Shown here in pieces: positions 1-10,672 of a stretch of DNA of 64,000 bases; positions within the stretch are counted from its first letter, which is position 1; each line of letters opens with the position of its first letter. Location: positions 128,001 through 192,000 of the forward strand of contig JBHLOC010000003.1 of assembly GCA_048940925.1 (NCBI GenBank). The letters run 5' to 3'. The notes beneath the pieces were generated by a model. The model made no database searches and had not been told where the DNA came from. It worked only from the letters and a program-made list of their open reading frames with translations. The DNA is from Promethearchaeota archaeon (lineage in GTDB: Archaea; Asgardarchaeota; Lokiarchaeia; Sigyniarchaeales; SOKP01). The position numbers and the translations under genes were made by a program.

Positions 1-105
1 AAATTTAATGGTCATACTAAGAAACACCATGAAATTTATCTTAGTGATCCAAGAAAAGCTAATCCTGCTATTATGAAAACTGTTATAAGACAACCTTTTA
101 TCTAA
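1..105 (+). CDS. GyrI-like small-molecule-binding domain protein, 3' end only (truncated by window edge)
   Basis: Frame 1 reads KFNGHTKKHHEIYLSDPRKANPAIMKTVIRQPFI*. HHEIYLSDPR...KTxIRQP is the typical C-terminus of this family. Confidence 0.75.
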   Translation, partial: KFNGHTKKHHEIYLSDPRKANPAIMKTVIRQPFI

Positions 106-440
106 ATTTTTATTGATTTTTAAACATTAAATTAAATCAGAGGGGGAAGCCCTAAAATTATTAAAAAAAGTCTCTTTCTTTATTTTTTTAAATCGGTTAT
201 TCGCCATTTTAACTCTCTTTTCAAGATTAATATTAACTGAAATTTACAAAAAGTAAACTTTTAGATATTCTATAATCAGTATATCAATCACAGGTAATCA
301 AGTCACAGCTATGAAAACCATTTAAAAAAATAAGATCGTTGAAAAAAATCTCTGGATCTTATTAGAGCCACACATTTAGTGATAATTATGTTGACAATTT
401 TTGAGATATTTATAATTCCTTAGACTTTTATTTATTTTAA

Positions 441-2846
441 TCAAATGAAGCATAATAAATCTTTCTGAATAGATTTTTTGTCATAATCTAAAGTCAGCAA
501 TTCCTCAAGTTCAGGGAATTCAAAAGGGAAAATGTTTTCAAAGGCTCTTTTTAGCAGTTCGACATATTTTCTTCTGTCATATTCATGCTTGTTATCATTA
601 TACAAATCTGAAAGGACAATCTTTTTCTCAGGAAAATCAGGATTGGCATCGGCGTTAAGAATGATATATCTCACACTTTTTCCAGCCGAAGCTACTATTC
701 CTGACCGCTCTAGTTGCTTTGCAGCAACAGCTTGATATGAGTTAACTTTGTATTGATTTGGTCTACGGGATATCCTTTGACGAATCGTAAGTTCCTCTCT
801 TGATATCTTTCCGGAATAGATTCTTTCTACATATTCATAGAGCTTTTTCTTAGCATCAGGTACTCTTTTGAGGAACTCTTCAACAGTTTCTGCTCCTTGA
901 AAACTGTCAATAAAGGCATACTGCGCATCTTTTACAATTTTTGGCATATCTCTACGCCTTACTTCGATCCCCCTGACTTTTGTTTCTCCATTACTCTTTA
1001 TCCCCCAGTAGTGACTGAGAGCAGGAACATCTGGCTCAGCCCTAGAAGGAAGAAAGACAATCACATTGTATCTTCCTTCCCAGTTCATGGGAATACTGGT
1101 GTGTTCAGTGATTTCATTCGCAATTTTTTTTGTTATTTCATCGAACTCTTTTGGAGCTCGGCTTTGTGTGTCCTTGAGCCATATCGAGTCTACAATTCCA
1201 TGAACTATTCGACACCCATGCTGTTCGGCTATTTCTGCAGCTCGCATTAGGAATTCACGTGCAAATGCACAGACCGTTTGATGTGCTTCTATCTTTCCAA
1301 AACGGGCGTTTTTAAATCCTAAATATCCAAAACTTACAACAAGTACCCATTTTAGTGCGGAGTCTGTGAACTTGTACCGAAGATCATCATGAGTTTTGTT
1401 GTATTCTTTATACTCAAGTCGTTTTCCTAAAGGCAGGCTAATCGATTTAGAAATAATGCCTTGTCTCTTGCTGCAAATATGGAAATTAAGTCCAGGCACC
1501 TTAATCCCAGTTCCATCATCGTTACAGCAGCTACAGTTGATGGTTTCAGAAGAGATATTGTATTTCGCCATCAGTGAAGGATACATTGAAGAAAAGTCAA
1601 GTTCTACCACTTGATCAAACACCCCAATTATTGGTTCAAAGATATGCCCTCCCCGATCGCCTCTAATTAAATCCATGCCATTTCTAAATCCCTCAGGACT
1701 TTTTTTGAAAGGAGGTACGAGATGATCAAGTTTGTAAGCATTGTAAAATTGAATGGATTGTAAAGCGCCTCCTATTGTAACTCTACATAACCTTTGCATA
1801 GGTATACGAGAAATACGAGCGACTTCAATCACCCCTGGGATATTACCGTCACTGAAATGTAGACTAGCGTAAGTTGCAGTATCTAGATGAAATCGCCCGG
1901 TGAAATACACCTGGGTTTTTGAGCGTCGGAAGATTATACCATATGACATATAATGGTCAGAACTTCCTGAAAGATCAAAAATGCAGTTTCTAAGTGGTGT
2001 TTTATTCCTTGAAAAAAAAAGATCCTTTGAAACACGATTCACAGATGCTCTGGCAGCCAGATATGGAAATAAAAACTCATCTCCATTATGAGTAAGAATA
2101 ATATCAGGATCAAGCCGTTCAATCACATTACTAATTTTTTTCAAAGTTTCTGCCTCATCTGCTTCGTCAATTAAAGTTTTTTGCTTCTTATACCCATCCG
2201 CTCGTGGCACGTTGTTTTCATCATTTTCCACGATGCTGACTTCGGCATATTCAAGAATGTCATTGAAATAGGGGCGTATTCCCTGCTGTCGTATTGTAAT
2301 GTCTAGCCAAACAGCCCTCAAGGGAGGTAAATTGTAGAATAGTTCTTCATTGTCATCTTTCAATTCCAACGAGACTAATTTCATCACTTCTTTATTTCTT
2401 TTCTTTGTTATCTCTGTTTTTACCTTGAAACTACAATAAGACATTGGAAATAAGTCATTTACGTAGAAATACATCTGGGAGAGAGGAAGATCAGTGTTAT
2501 ATAATGTAAAAAGTCCTATTTCATCGATTTCCTTAACTGTTTTTTTAAAAACTGAAGGTTTTACTACAGAAACACCAAATATTTTTGTTTTTTTGTGATC
2601 CTCGAGTTTTACATACTTTTCACAAATTCGCACATCTTTTATATTGTTATGTGACTTGAGAATTTGCTTCAACCTTTTAAAATCCTTACCAGTATGTTTT
2701 CTCGGGACAGCAAAGAATTCGGGACAAAATTCTTGAAAAACATTAATAACTTTTTGCTCCTTTATTGTTTTCACCCAAAGAATAACTCCTGTACTACAAG
2801 TAGAAACATCCAAAAGCCAGCCATCAAATTGCTCGTGATAATCCAA
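441..2846 (-). CDS. polB2: Family B DNA polymerase, PolB2 group (proofreading-deficient)
   Basis: Motif A DFSSMYPS, motif B KWVLVVSFGYLG, motif C altered to HGIVDS (PolB2 pattern). Exo I/II motifs are degenerate (LDITI, NGDEFL). C-terminal QKDLLCFI is PIP-like. Confidence 0.9.
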   Translation of the reverse strand: MDYHEQFDGWLLDVSTCSTGVILWVKTIKEQKVINVFQEFCPEFFAVPRKHTGKDFKRLKQILKSHNNIKDVRICEKYVKLEDHKKTKIFGVSVVKPSVFKKTVKEIDEIGLFTLYNTDLPLSQMYFYVNDLFPMSYCSFKVKTEITKKRNKEVMKLVSLELKDDNEELFYNLPPLRAVWLDITIRQQGIRPYFNDILEYAEVSIVENDENNVPRADGYKKQKTLIDEADEAETLKKISNVIERLDPDIILTHNGDEFLFPYLAARASVNRVSKDLFFSRNKTPLRNCIFDLSGSSDHYMSYGIIFRRSKTQVYFTGRFHLDTATYASLHFSDGNIPGVIEVARISRIPMQRLCRVTIGGALQSIQFYNAYKLDHLVPPFKKSPEGFRNGMDLIRGDRGGHIFEPIIGVFDQVVELDFSSMYPSLMAKYNISSETINCSCCNDDGTGIKVPGLNFHICSKRQGIISKSISLPLGKRLEYKEYNKTHDDLRYKFTDSALKWVLVVSFGYLGFKNARFGKIEAHQTVCAFAREFLMRAAEIAEQHGCRIVHGIVDSIWLKDTQSRAPKEFDEITKKIANEITEHTSIPMNWEGRYNVIVFLPSRAEPDVPALSHYWGIKSNGETKVRGIEVRRRDMPKIVKDAQYAFIDSFQGAETVEEFLKRVPDAKKKLYEYVERIYSGKISREELTIRQRISRRPNQYKVNSYQAVAAKQLERSGIVASAGKSVRYIILNADANPDFPEKKIVLSDLYNDNKHEYDRRKYVELLKRAFENIFPFEFPELEELLTLDYDKKSIQKDLLCFI

Positions 2847-2847
2847 T

Positions 2848-3132
2848 TTAATCTTTTCCTTTAATAGTTTCTTCTAATTCGTCTACCTTTTTCTCCAATA
2901 TCATAATCTTTTTCTCTTGCTCAATCGCAAAAGAAATAAAAAGAATTTCGGAAAGCATAGGACGAGCACTCAGGCTCCCCGCATCAGCATGATTTCGCGC
3001 AAAATTCATCAATCTGTCAAAAACTTTTTGTTCTTCTGGACGAAGTGCTCTTTTAAAATCTTTCCAACTTTCAATTTCGTGTTCCAACGCAGGTCTAAAA
3101 GAAGGAACTGTCCTACCCATAATAATAACCAC
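2848..3132 (-). CDS. Small PolB2-associated protein (arCOG07300-like)
   Basis: MGRTVPSFR...W..FKRALR.E...FDRL pattern of the small gene commonly found upstream of polB2. Its stop is 1 nt from the polB2 start. Confidence 0.8.
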   Translation of the reverse strand: MVIIMGRTVPSFRPALEHEIESWKDFKRALRPEEQKVFDRLMNFARNHADAGSLSARPMLSEILFISFAIEQEKKIMILEKKVDELEETIKGKD

Positions 3133-3164
3133 ATGAAGTAATTTTCTGAGAGATTTAAAAGAAA

Positions 3165-3184
3165 ATACATTGACAATTTTTCGA
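3165..3184 (-). promoter_or_regulatory. Putative regulator box upstream of the polB2 operon (sense TCGAAAAATTGTCAATGTAT)
   Basis: 16/20 identical to 11883..11902 at the same distance from the start codon, just upstream of a TATA-like TTTTAAAT (3153..3160). Confidence 0.6.
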
Positions 3185-3299
3185 TTTTTGTTTTGAAACT
3201 CAATTCTTTGAAAAATGCTTGTTATTGTCTATAAGCGGTATCAAATATTATAAAGCTATTTTACGAAATTTTTTAATTTCCTTTAATTTAATTAATATT

Positions 3300-5891
3300 A
3301 TGTTCATTTTTTTTGATAATTTAATTAGTTCCGAAGATAAGGAACAACAAGCATTTTTAATTCCAGAACCTCGCTACGTCAAATTGACAAATTTTAAAAA
3401 AATGAAGTTTAATGAACAGACAAAACTATTCACCAATTTGAAAGAAGAATATTCCTTTATAATTGAACAACTTCAAGAAAAGTTAGAATTTTTTGGATTG
3501 AATGCGAATTTAGAAACCCATAGAAGTCAGGAAATTAATGATTTTTCAGTTATTGAGTCATATTTAGAAGAAATAAAACACAAATTTCCAGACGATCTTT
3601 ATAATTTGATTAAAAGTGAAAAGAACTTTATTGAACAAGGATATGTTTTAGTTGCTGAAGATAATAGGGTTTTAATTGAAGGATCTACTCCTCAAGGTTT
3701 ATTCTATGGAATTCAAACCCTACTCCAATTATTGAACTCAAGTCAAAATAAGATATCATTAAGCGAATTAAAGATAATTGATTATCCTGTTTTAGAAATT
3801 AGGGGTGTTTCAGACGATATTTCTCGGGGACAAGCACCTACTATTGATAATTTAAAGAAATTTATAAAAGAACTAAGTCACTACAAGATAAATCAATATT
3901 ATCTGGTTTACATGCAAGATATGTTTAAATTTACAAATTATCCTAAAATTGGAAAAGATAGAGGGGCTTATTCAAAAGAAGATATAATAGAATTGCATAA
4001 ATATGCAAAAAATTTCTTTATTGAAATCATCCCTATTTTTCAGACTACAGGTCATTGGGATAACATTTTACACCATCCTGATTACTGGAACTATGGTGAG
4101 TTTCCTGGATCCAATAGTTTAAATATTTCTAATGAAAAAATTTATGAGCTTTTAGATGAAATGATTGGTGAATTAAGTGAGGCTTTTAAATCAGAGTACT
4201 TTCACATTGGTGCTGATGAGAGTTGGGATGTCGGAAAAGTAGCTTCAAAGAAGTATGTTGAAGATATTAGCATTGAAATTGCATACCTAAATCATTATAA
4301 GAGAGTCTATGATATTGTCAAGAAATATGGATATAAAAAAGTCATCATTTATCATGATATTCTTTATAAATATAAAGATATTCTTGAAGGATTACCAAAA
4401 GACATGATAATTATGTATTGGAACTATAAAACTCAACAAGTACATCCAATATTAAAAGAAATAAAAAATTATAATTTTCCTGTAATTGTTAGCCCCACAA
4501 TAATGGATTTTAATCGAATTTTTCCTTCAATCGATAAATATGAAAAGAATATCCTAAATTTAATTAAATATGGTCATGAAAACGGAGTTATTGGAGAGAT
4601 AACTTCAAGTTGGGGAGATTTTCATAACAAGGAAATCAGAGAAAACAGATTTTATGGTTTTATATTTTCTGCTATAGTAGGATGGAATCCTTTAAAAGAA
4701 ATTAACATAATATATTTTTGGAAATGTTTGTTTATTCACTTTTTCGGAATATTAGATAATAGACTAATTCAAATTTTCAGTTTTATCCGTTCACTCCAAG
4801 ATAAACGAAAATTGCATTTAAGAGACACAGCATATTATAATCATTTTTTTGCACATCCTTATGCTAAAAAAACTAAAAGATATAAAAAAAATATTAAAAT
4901 TTCGGGTTTTAAAAAATTAATAGAGGAATTGGATGAAATTATTAAGAAATGTGAAGAGTTAGAAAATATTGTTCTTAAAAATAAGATTAACATTATAAAC
5001 CTTGCCTTTATAACAAAACATATAAAATTTTATTGTAAAAAAAGAATAAACACAAAATCTTTAGTTGAGTATATTCCAGTTAAAGAAGTTTATACCAATT
5101 ATAAAATTGCTGAAATTCAAGAGTTGAAAAATGAATTAATTTTATTATTAGATGAATACGAACATCTTTGGATAAATTGTGCGAAAAAAGTAGGACTTGA
5201 AACAATAAAAAGGCAATATTTATGGTTAATAAAGTTTTACGATGTTAAAGTTGAACAACTAAAAAAGCACGTTAGATGGGAAAATCCTTATATCCCCAGC
5301 GAGTTGATATATTTAGATTGTGAAGGAATGCACAAGCTCCATACCACATTTTATAAGAAAATAATAAATATTGATGGAGAAATAGAACATGCCCATTTAC
5401 AAGTTATAGCTGGAACGTTTGCTAAAATTTTAATAAATAATTCAGAAGTAGGTCATATTATTACTCGACATTCCCTTAATTTTGTTGTATTAGAAAATAA
5501 TATTAAAATTTTTGATATAAAAGAGTATCTAAAACAAGGTGAGAATCTAATATTAATTGAAAATATAGACTATATTGGTGGTTTCTCTCCAATAAATATC
5601 TATGGTGAAATTAATTTAACTACAGAGGAACGACTAATAATTAAAACAGATAAAACTTGGACAGCTACAAGAAAATTAAATGGGGAATGGAAAGAAGTGA
5701 AAAGTTTTGGCAGACCTCCAAAGGCTACTGGTGGTTTATCTTATCCTGATTTTAAAAATTCTCTACCTTCAAAAGGAGATGAGGGAGTGGCTTTAATAAA
5801 TACAATTGCTAGTAGGAGAGAAAAAAAAAAAAAATTTTGGAGGTTAAAATTAGTATATAAACTTTTTAACAGATTCGATATTTTAGAATAA
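3300..5891 (+). CDS. Beta-N-acetylhexosaminidase, GH20 (GcnA/HexD-like) with extra C-terminal domain
   Basis: IPEP..., [22 protein letters not shown] and catalytic HIGADE. Start at ATG 3300 preferred over TTG 3219 because of BRE/TATA-like CGAAATTTTTTAAT at about 3264-3277. Confidence 0.85.
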   Translation: MFIFFDNLISSEDKEQQAFLIPEPRYVKLTNFKKMKFNEQTKLFTNLKEEYSFIIEQLQEKLEFFGLNANLETHRSQEINDFSVIESYLEEIKHKFPDDLYNLIKSEKNFIEQGYVLVAEDNRVLIEGSTPQGLFYGIQTLLQLLNSSQNKISLSELKIIDYPVLEIRGVSDDISRGQAPTIDNLKKFIKELSHYKINQYYLVYMQDMFKFTNYPKIGKDRGAYSKEDIIELHKYAKNFFIEIIPIFQTTGHWDNILHHPDYWNYGEFPGSNSLNISNEKIYELLDEMIGELSEAFKSEYFHIGADESWDVGKVASKKYVEDISIEIAYLNHYKRVYDIVKKYGYKKVIIYHDILYKYKDILEGLPKDMIIMYWNYKTQQVHPILKEIKNYNFPVIVSPTIMDFNRIFPSIDKYEKNILNLIKYGHENGVIGEITSSWGDFHNKEIRENRFYGFIFSAIVGWNPLKEINIIYFWKCLFIHFFGILDNRLIQIFSFIRSLQDKRKLHLRDTAYYNHFFAHPYAKKTKRYKKNIKISGFKKLIEELDEIIKKCEELENIVLKNKINIINLAFITKHIKFYCKKRINTKSLVEYIPVKEVYTNYKIAEIQELKNELILLLDEYEHLWINCAKKVGLETIKRQYLWLIKFYDVKVEQLKKHVRWENPYIPSELIYLDCEGMHKLHTTFYKKIINIDGEIEHAHLQVIAGTFAKILINNSEVGHIITRHSLNFVVLENNIKIFDIKEYLKQGENLILIENIDYIGGFSPINIYGEINLTTEERLIIKTDKTWTATRKLNGEWKEVKSFGRPPKATGGLSYPDFKNSLPSKGDEGVALINTIASRREKKKKFWRLKLVYKLFNRFDILE

Positions 5892-5904
5892 TTATTTAAC
5901 AATT

Positions 5905-6066
5905 TCATCTTATATTCTGTTTTATTTCTTTTCTCTTCCCTTTACATTTAGGGCATATAATTTCATCAAAATCTTCTAAATCACTTCTATAAACCCAAAT
6001 TTTTCCATTACCTTGACATACCTTACATATTTTCTTATCTCCTTTTGGAAAAACATAATAATTTAT
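5905..6066 (-). CDS. Small (53 aa) DnaJ-type zinc-finger protein, not in the ORF track
   Basis: INYYVFPKGDKKICKVCQGNGKIWVYRSDLEDFDEIICPKCKGKRKEIKQNIR*: CxxCxGxG plus CxxCxG. SD-like GGAGAGGTGG upstream. No in-frame ATG/GTG/TTG start. Confidence 0.65.
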   Translation of the reverse strand: MNYYVFPKGDKKICKVCQGNGKIWVYRSDLEDFDEIICPKCKGKRKEIKQNIR

Positions 6067-6342
6067 CTTTTAAACCACCTCTCCTAAACTTAAGAAATAT
6101 AATATTTTATATTATCATTAAGTATTACAATTCTAAAATTCAACAATTTAAGGGTATTCTACCTATTTAAATGTTTTCATAAAGTTTGAAATTTATAAAA
6201 AAATTATGAATAGTTAAGTTCTATTAAACAGTAAAAAAGTGAATAAATTATTCCAATTTTTTCATTATTACCAATAAAAAGGAAAAGAACGAGAAATTTT
6301 TGAATTTTTTTTTGCAAATTTATAATTTTTTGTAAATGTTAA

Positions 6343-7461
6343 TCACAATTTTTCTAAAGCTTCTAAAATTTCATCCTTTATTCTACCTTCACTTTCATCA
6401 AGAAATTCTTGTAAAGCTTTTTTAGCTTTTGAGCCACCAATGCGACCTAAAGCCCAGGCACACATACACTTAATTCTTTCATCATTATTATCATTGAAAG
6501 CTTGGATAAGGTCTGGAATATACTTTTGATCTAAGCTATTTCCCATTGCTCTTGCCACATTCATTTTCCATCTCCAAAGATCTGTTAATGGCATATAAAA
6601 CATGTGTTGCCAAATTTTAGTTCTATAAAATTTCTTATCCATATGGAGCAAACTCCGAAGGTCAAAATCTTTTTCCTTAGCAACTACTCTTTTGTTAATA
6701 GGCAAATCTTGAGCTAACCATGGTTTGTTTCGGGGACATACATTTTGACAATGGTCACACCCATAAACCCATAATCCCATTGGTTCACGAAGTTCTCTGG
6801 GGGTAAGATCTTCCCCTAAATATGTGAGATACGAAATACATTTGCGTGGATCTATTTTACGTGGACCTTTTAAGGCTCCGGTTGGGCAAGCACCAATACA
6901 TGCATTTTTACACCATTTTGGACATCCTATATCGTAAGTAGGTTCATCGGGGATAAATTCATAGTCTACTACAATAGGTATAGGCAAAATCCAAGAACCC
7001 CCACGAGCTACTTTATGTGAATAAAGTAAACAATTTTTTCCAAAGTTCCCTAACCCCGCACGGGCAGCTGCAACTCGTTCAGGTAGATTGGGGAGTATGA
7101 CCGAACTAATTCCATTATCTCGTAAATATTCACGAAAAGCTTTTATCTTTAAATATGATCCATCTCGAGTCATACGATAATCATCTAAATAACAACGACC
7201 AAAATATCCTTCTAATGAAGGAGGAAATGCTTCGTTAAAATAAGTCTCAATAAGCACGATTATTGATTTAGCATTAGGGTACATCTTCTTCGGGTCAGTA
7301 CCACTCATAAGGTCGATACCAGATGATAATAACCATGCATATTCTTCTCGTCGTGATTGTAATATCTCTAATTGTGATTCAAAAGGTTCAGCACTCGTAA
7401 ATCCTATATCCGCAAATCCAAGATCATATGCCTTATCAATGATTTGGTTTTTAGAAAGCAT
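6343..7461 (-). CDS. Epoxyqueuosine reductase (QueG)-like cobalamin/4Fe-4S protein with C-terminal HEAT repeat
   Basis: AARAGLG.FGKN, C..C..ACPTGAL, CISYLT, GCDHCQNVCP.N and AWALGRIG. Confidence 0.8.
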   Translation of the reverse strand: MLSKNQIIDKAYDLGFADIGFTSAEPFESQLEILQSRREEYAWLLSSGIDLMSGTDPKKMYPNAKSIIVLIETYFNEAFPPSLEGYFGRCYLDDYRMTRDGSYLKIKAFREYLRDNGISSVILPNLPERVAAARAGLGNFGKNCLLYSHKVARGGSWILPIPIVVDYEFIPDEPTYDIGCPKWCKNACIGACPTGALKGPRKIDPRKCISYLTYLGEDLTPRELREPMGLWVYGCDHCQNVCPRNKPWLAQDLPINKRVVAKEKDFDLRSLLHMDKKFYRTKIWQHMFYMPLTDLWRWKMNVARAMGNSLDQKYIPDLIQAFNDNNDERIKCMCAWALGRIGGSKAKKALQEFLDESEGRIKDEILEALEKL

Positions 7462-7622
7462 AAATAAAATTATTTATAATTTTAATTTCTCTAAAAATAA
7501 GAATTAATATCAGAAATAATAATTGAACAAAAAATATTTTGATTTAAATTTTTAAGACTTTTATTTAAAAATTGGAAAGAATTAGAAAATAAGTTTAGAC
7601 GTTTTAAGAAAAGAAATCTCTT

Positions 7623-9680
7623 TTAAAATTGTGTTATTATAGCACAATGATCCGAGCTTATCGAGCAAAAAACCTCACTATTTTTTGGGTTTAAGTCAGG
7701 AGAACACATAATATAATCAATCCTTTTATGAGGATTATAATTGTCATCAAAGTCGCCTGTAAAACCAGGATCAGAATTTAGTAATCTATATGTGTCAGTA
7801 AAATTTAAGCTAGAGGTACTATTGATTAATAAATATTCTGTAGAATCGGGTTCAAGATTAAAATCACCCATCCATATTATTCTCTTGAAAGGTATTTCTT
7901 TCTCAATTTCATTAACAATGAAAGGGACTTGTACTAATCTGTCTTCTGAATTTGTTGATAAATGAGTGACAAATATAACCCAGATTGATGAATTTACTTG
8001 AATTTCAGCTCTTATTAAAGATCTTGGCCTTTCAGAAGGAATAGCTAGAGGTAAGCTAATGATTTTTGCTTCTAATATGGGATATTTGCTCAAAATAACA
8101 TCTCCATAATGTTTATAAAAAGTAAAGCCAAAAAAATAATACATATTAAGTTCATGGGCGATATATGATGGCATATCTATAAAAGAAGTTTTAAGTGCTC
8201 CTAAATCGACTTCATTTAGTCCTAATATGTCAGGATCATTTTCTTTGATATCTTGGATAAGACGATTAATCTGAAATGAGTCGTCAGCTCCGATAGCAGT
8301 ATGTATATTCCACATCATAAATTTAGGATTTGGGTTTTGAACAGGTGTAGATTTACGTTCTTGAACCAGAACTCCTATAAAAAAACCATAGATTATTAAA
8401 ACACATATAAGCATTATTCCCATGGTTTTATTCAAATTTTGAGAGTGCTCTTTCGGAGAAAGTGTTATTTTCTTAGTTTTTAATTCATAAATTGAAATTA
8501 CTAATACACCGACTACTATTTGAATTATTAGATTTGTCAATAATGACAAATATTCATACCATAGAATCTCTACATGAAGGATTATAAAAAACATATTTGT
8601 AAGAAAGAAGATTATTATTCCAATCAACAATTTTTTAGGGGAATCAAAGGTATAAAAATTAAATAAATACGATATATAAAATAGAATAGAAAAAACACTA
8701 ATTACTGTCATCAATGAAATATAAATTGAAGAAATTAAGGTAAGATCATTTTCAATAATGTAAAGCGCGAACACTGTTAAGATACAAGTAATTCCAATGA
8801 AAAAAATAACAATTTTCTTGACTAACTTTTGATTTAACGTAAATAAATACTTAAATATTATTATATAGCTCATAATTGCTGTAAGAAGTATCAATAAAAT
8901 ATAATATGTGAATCCATAAGTCGGCCATTGATTTAGGGAATCTGGGATTAAGTTGTTTATGCTCAGATTAATAATGTCATATGCTGAGAGTGCCATTGGA
9001 TTAAAGATCCACATAATTGAAAAAATAAATAGAATTCCCAAGATTATAAAGTGAAATAACGAGATGTTTGTTTTATCTGATTTAATAGGTTTTTTATCAA
9101 TATCAGAGATTAATTTCTCAAATCTATCAGGATAAAAAAGATAATTATTGATTACAAGTAATATTACCATAAAAATTAATATGGGAATTAATTTGCTGAC
9201 ATCTGAAGTTAGATTTGATGATATATTAATAGTTAAAAAGATAAATTGAATCCCCAATCCGATAATCACACTTCCTAAAAAGTGTGAATAATTTATGTAA
9301 GATTCACTTACTTCCATTAATAAAACAAAACCCATAAAGAAAATCAATATAGTAAATAGCATTATTAAATTAAGTACAAGAATTACACTGGGAGTAAGAA
9401 CAAACTGAGTACTTATTCGGACTCCAACAATAATGTAAGTTAAAATATACGGTTTATACTTCTTTTTAATTCTTGCTGACATAAAAAAGAAGTATTCAAA
9501 TATTATAAGCAGAATTGCAATTATTAATGTAGGTATTACAGTAATGATCTCTGAGAAGTTCATGAAAATGTAGGCATTAATATTTACTAGAACGTTATAA
9601 AAGCTTTCTATGAAAAGGTAAAAAATAATTCCAATAAGACAAATTGAACTGATCTTACCATATTTCTGCATTTTTCTCAA
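7623..9680 (-). CDS. Multi-pass membrane protein with C-terminal EEP (exonuclease/endonuclease/phosphatase) domain
   Basis: About 440 hydrophobic N-terminal residues, then WNIH, DILGLNEVD, THL, MGDFN, RIDYI and SDH. Confidence 0.85.
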   Translation of the reverse strand: MRKMQKYGKISSICLIGIIFYLFIESFYNVLVNINAYIFMNFSEIITVIPTLIIAILLIIFEYFFFMSARIKKKYKPYILTYIIVGVRISTQFVLTPSVILVLNLIMLFTILIFFMGFVLLMEVSESYINYSHFLGSVIIGLGIQFIFLTINISSNLTSDVSKLIPILIFMVILLVINNYLFYPDRFEKLISDIDKKPIKSDKTNISLFHFIILGILFIFSIMWIFNPMALSAYDIINLSINNLIPDSLNQWPTYGFTYYILLILLTAIMSYIIIFKYLFTLNQKLVKKIVIFFIGITCILTVFALYIIENDLTLISSIYISLMTVISVFSILFYISYLFNFYTFDSPKKLLIGIIIFFLTNMFFIILHVEILWYEYLSLLTNLIIQIVVGVLVISIYELKTKKITLSPKEHSQNLNKTMGIMLICVLIIYGFFIGVLVQERKSTPVQNPNPKFMMWNIHTAIGADDSFQINRLIQDIKENDPDILGLNEVDLGALKTSFIDMPSYIAHELNMYYFFGFTFYKHYGDVILSKYPILEAKIISLPLAIPSERPRSLIRAEIQVNSSIWVIFVTHLSTNSEDRLVQVPFIVNEIEKEIPFKRIIWMGDFNLEPDSTEYLLINSTSSLNFTDTYRLLNSDPGFTGDFDDNYNPHKRIDYIMCSPDLNPKNSEVFCSISSDHCAIITQF

Positions 9681-9847
9681 ATGAATTATCGAATTGATTA
9701 ATATTAATTCAATCTGAAGATTTATAATGGTTTAGCTAATTTTATTCAAAAAAAATTAGAAGCGTTGATATATTTTAAAACTACTAAAATCTGTATTCTT
9801 TTTGAAAAATAAAATTTTTTATGTTCATATTTTATTAGTTATTTATT

Positions 9848-10582
9848 ATGGTTGAATTAAATATACTGTTAAATTTCATCGGAATGATCTTTGAAATCTT
9901 TATAATGATTTTCGCTGCAGTTCTTCTAATACTTATATCAAAAAAATATTTAATTAAACGTCATAAACTCACACGATTGCTTCTATTAATTTTTATTAAT
10001 TATTTTATAGCAATTGTTTTTTCTTGGATCTCAAAAGTTTTTGTTGTTTCACAGTTAACTGTAGAACAAGATGGCTCAATAGGTGCTTGGATATATAATG
10101 TGATATCAGATTTTAGATTAAGTGAATTCTTTGTTGTTATTGCTATTTTTCTATCTTATATATTGAAGGTAAATGTTTTTGAAAAAGGATATAATACTAT
10201 ACAGCGATATGTGGTGATAATTTATGGTATTTTCTCAGGTTTTTATGTATTAATCATCTATGAAAGCGGTAATACTTTATTGGATGTTTTTGCGTTCTTA
10301 ATTGTATTTTTATATATGGTTATGGTTTATGCTCCCTTTTTACGAAGAGCAATAGAATCTTATCGAGCAGTAGATGAAAAGACATATAAACAAGCATTTT
10401 TATCATTAGCAATAATGTCAGTTAGTTTTATGTTGATATTTCTCAATTTTGCGACTGATCGAGCATTAATCTTCTTAGGTAGCCCGGGATTTACAGTGTT
10501 TTATTTCTTAGCCTGGAGTTGCGCAATAATTGGAATTTTTGGAGCATATTATGGGTATATTAGACCAAAAGCAAGTGAATAA
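9848..10582 (+). CDS. Seven-TM membrane protein (putative sensor/receptor)
   Basis: About seven hydrophobic segments in 244 aa, with no soluble domain. Confidence 0.7.
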   Translation: MVELNILLNFIGMIFEIFIMIFAAVLLILISKKYLIKRHKLTRLLLLIFINYFIAIVFSWISKVFVVSQLTVEQDGSIGAWIYNVISDFRLSEFFVVIAIFLSYILKVNVFEKGYNTIQRYVVIIYGIFSGFYVLIIYESGNTLLDVFAFLIVFLYMVMVYAPFLRRAIESYRAVDEKTYKQAFLSLAIMSVSFMLIFLNFATDRALIFLGSPGFTVFYFLAWSCAIIGIFGAYYGYIRPKASE

Positions 10583-10672
10583 TAAAATTAAATTTTTTAA
10601 AAACTAAACATTAAATAATTTTTATTTGTTTTTTCTTAATTATTTGTAAAGTCAATTGGAATATAATAAGCA

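Noticed and set aside
441-2846. PolB as a casposon/viral polymerase
   Set aside because: Motifs and partner gene fit cellular PolB2; no protein-priming inserts, Cas1, integrase or terminal inverted repeats seen.
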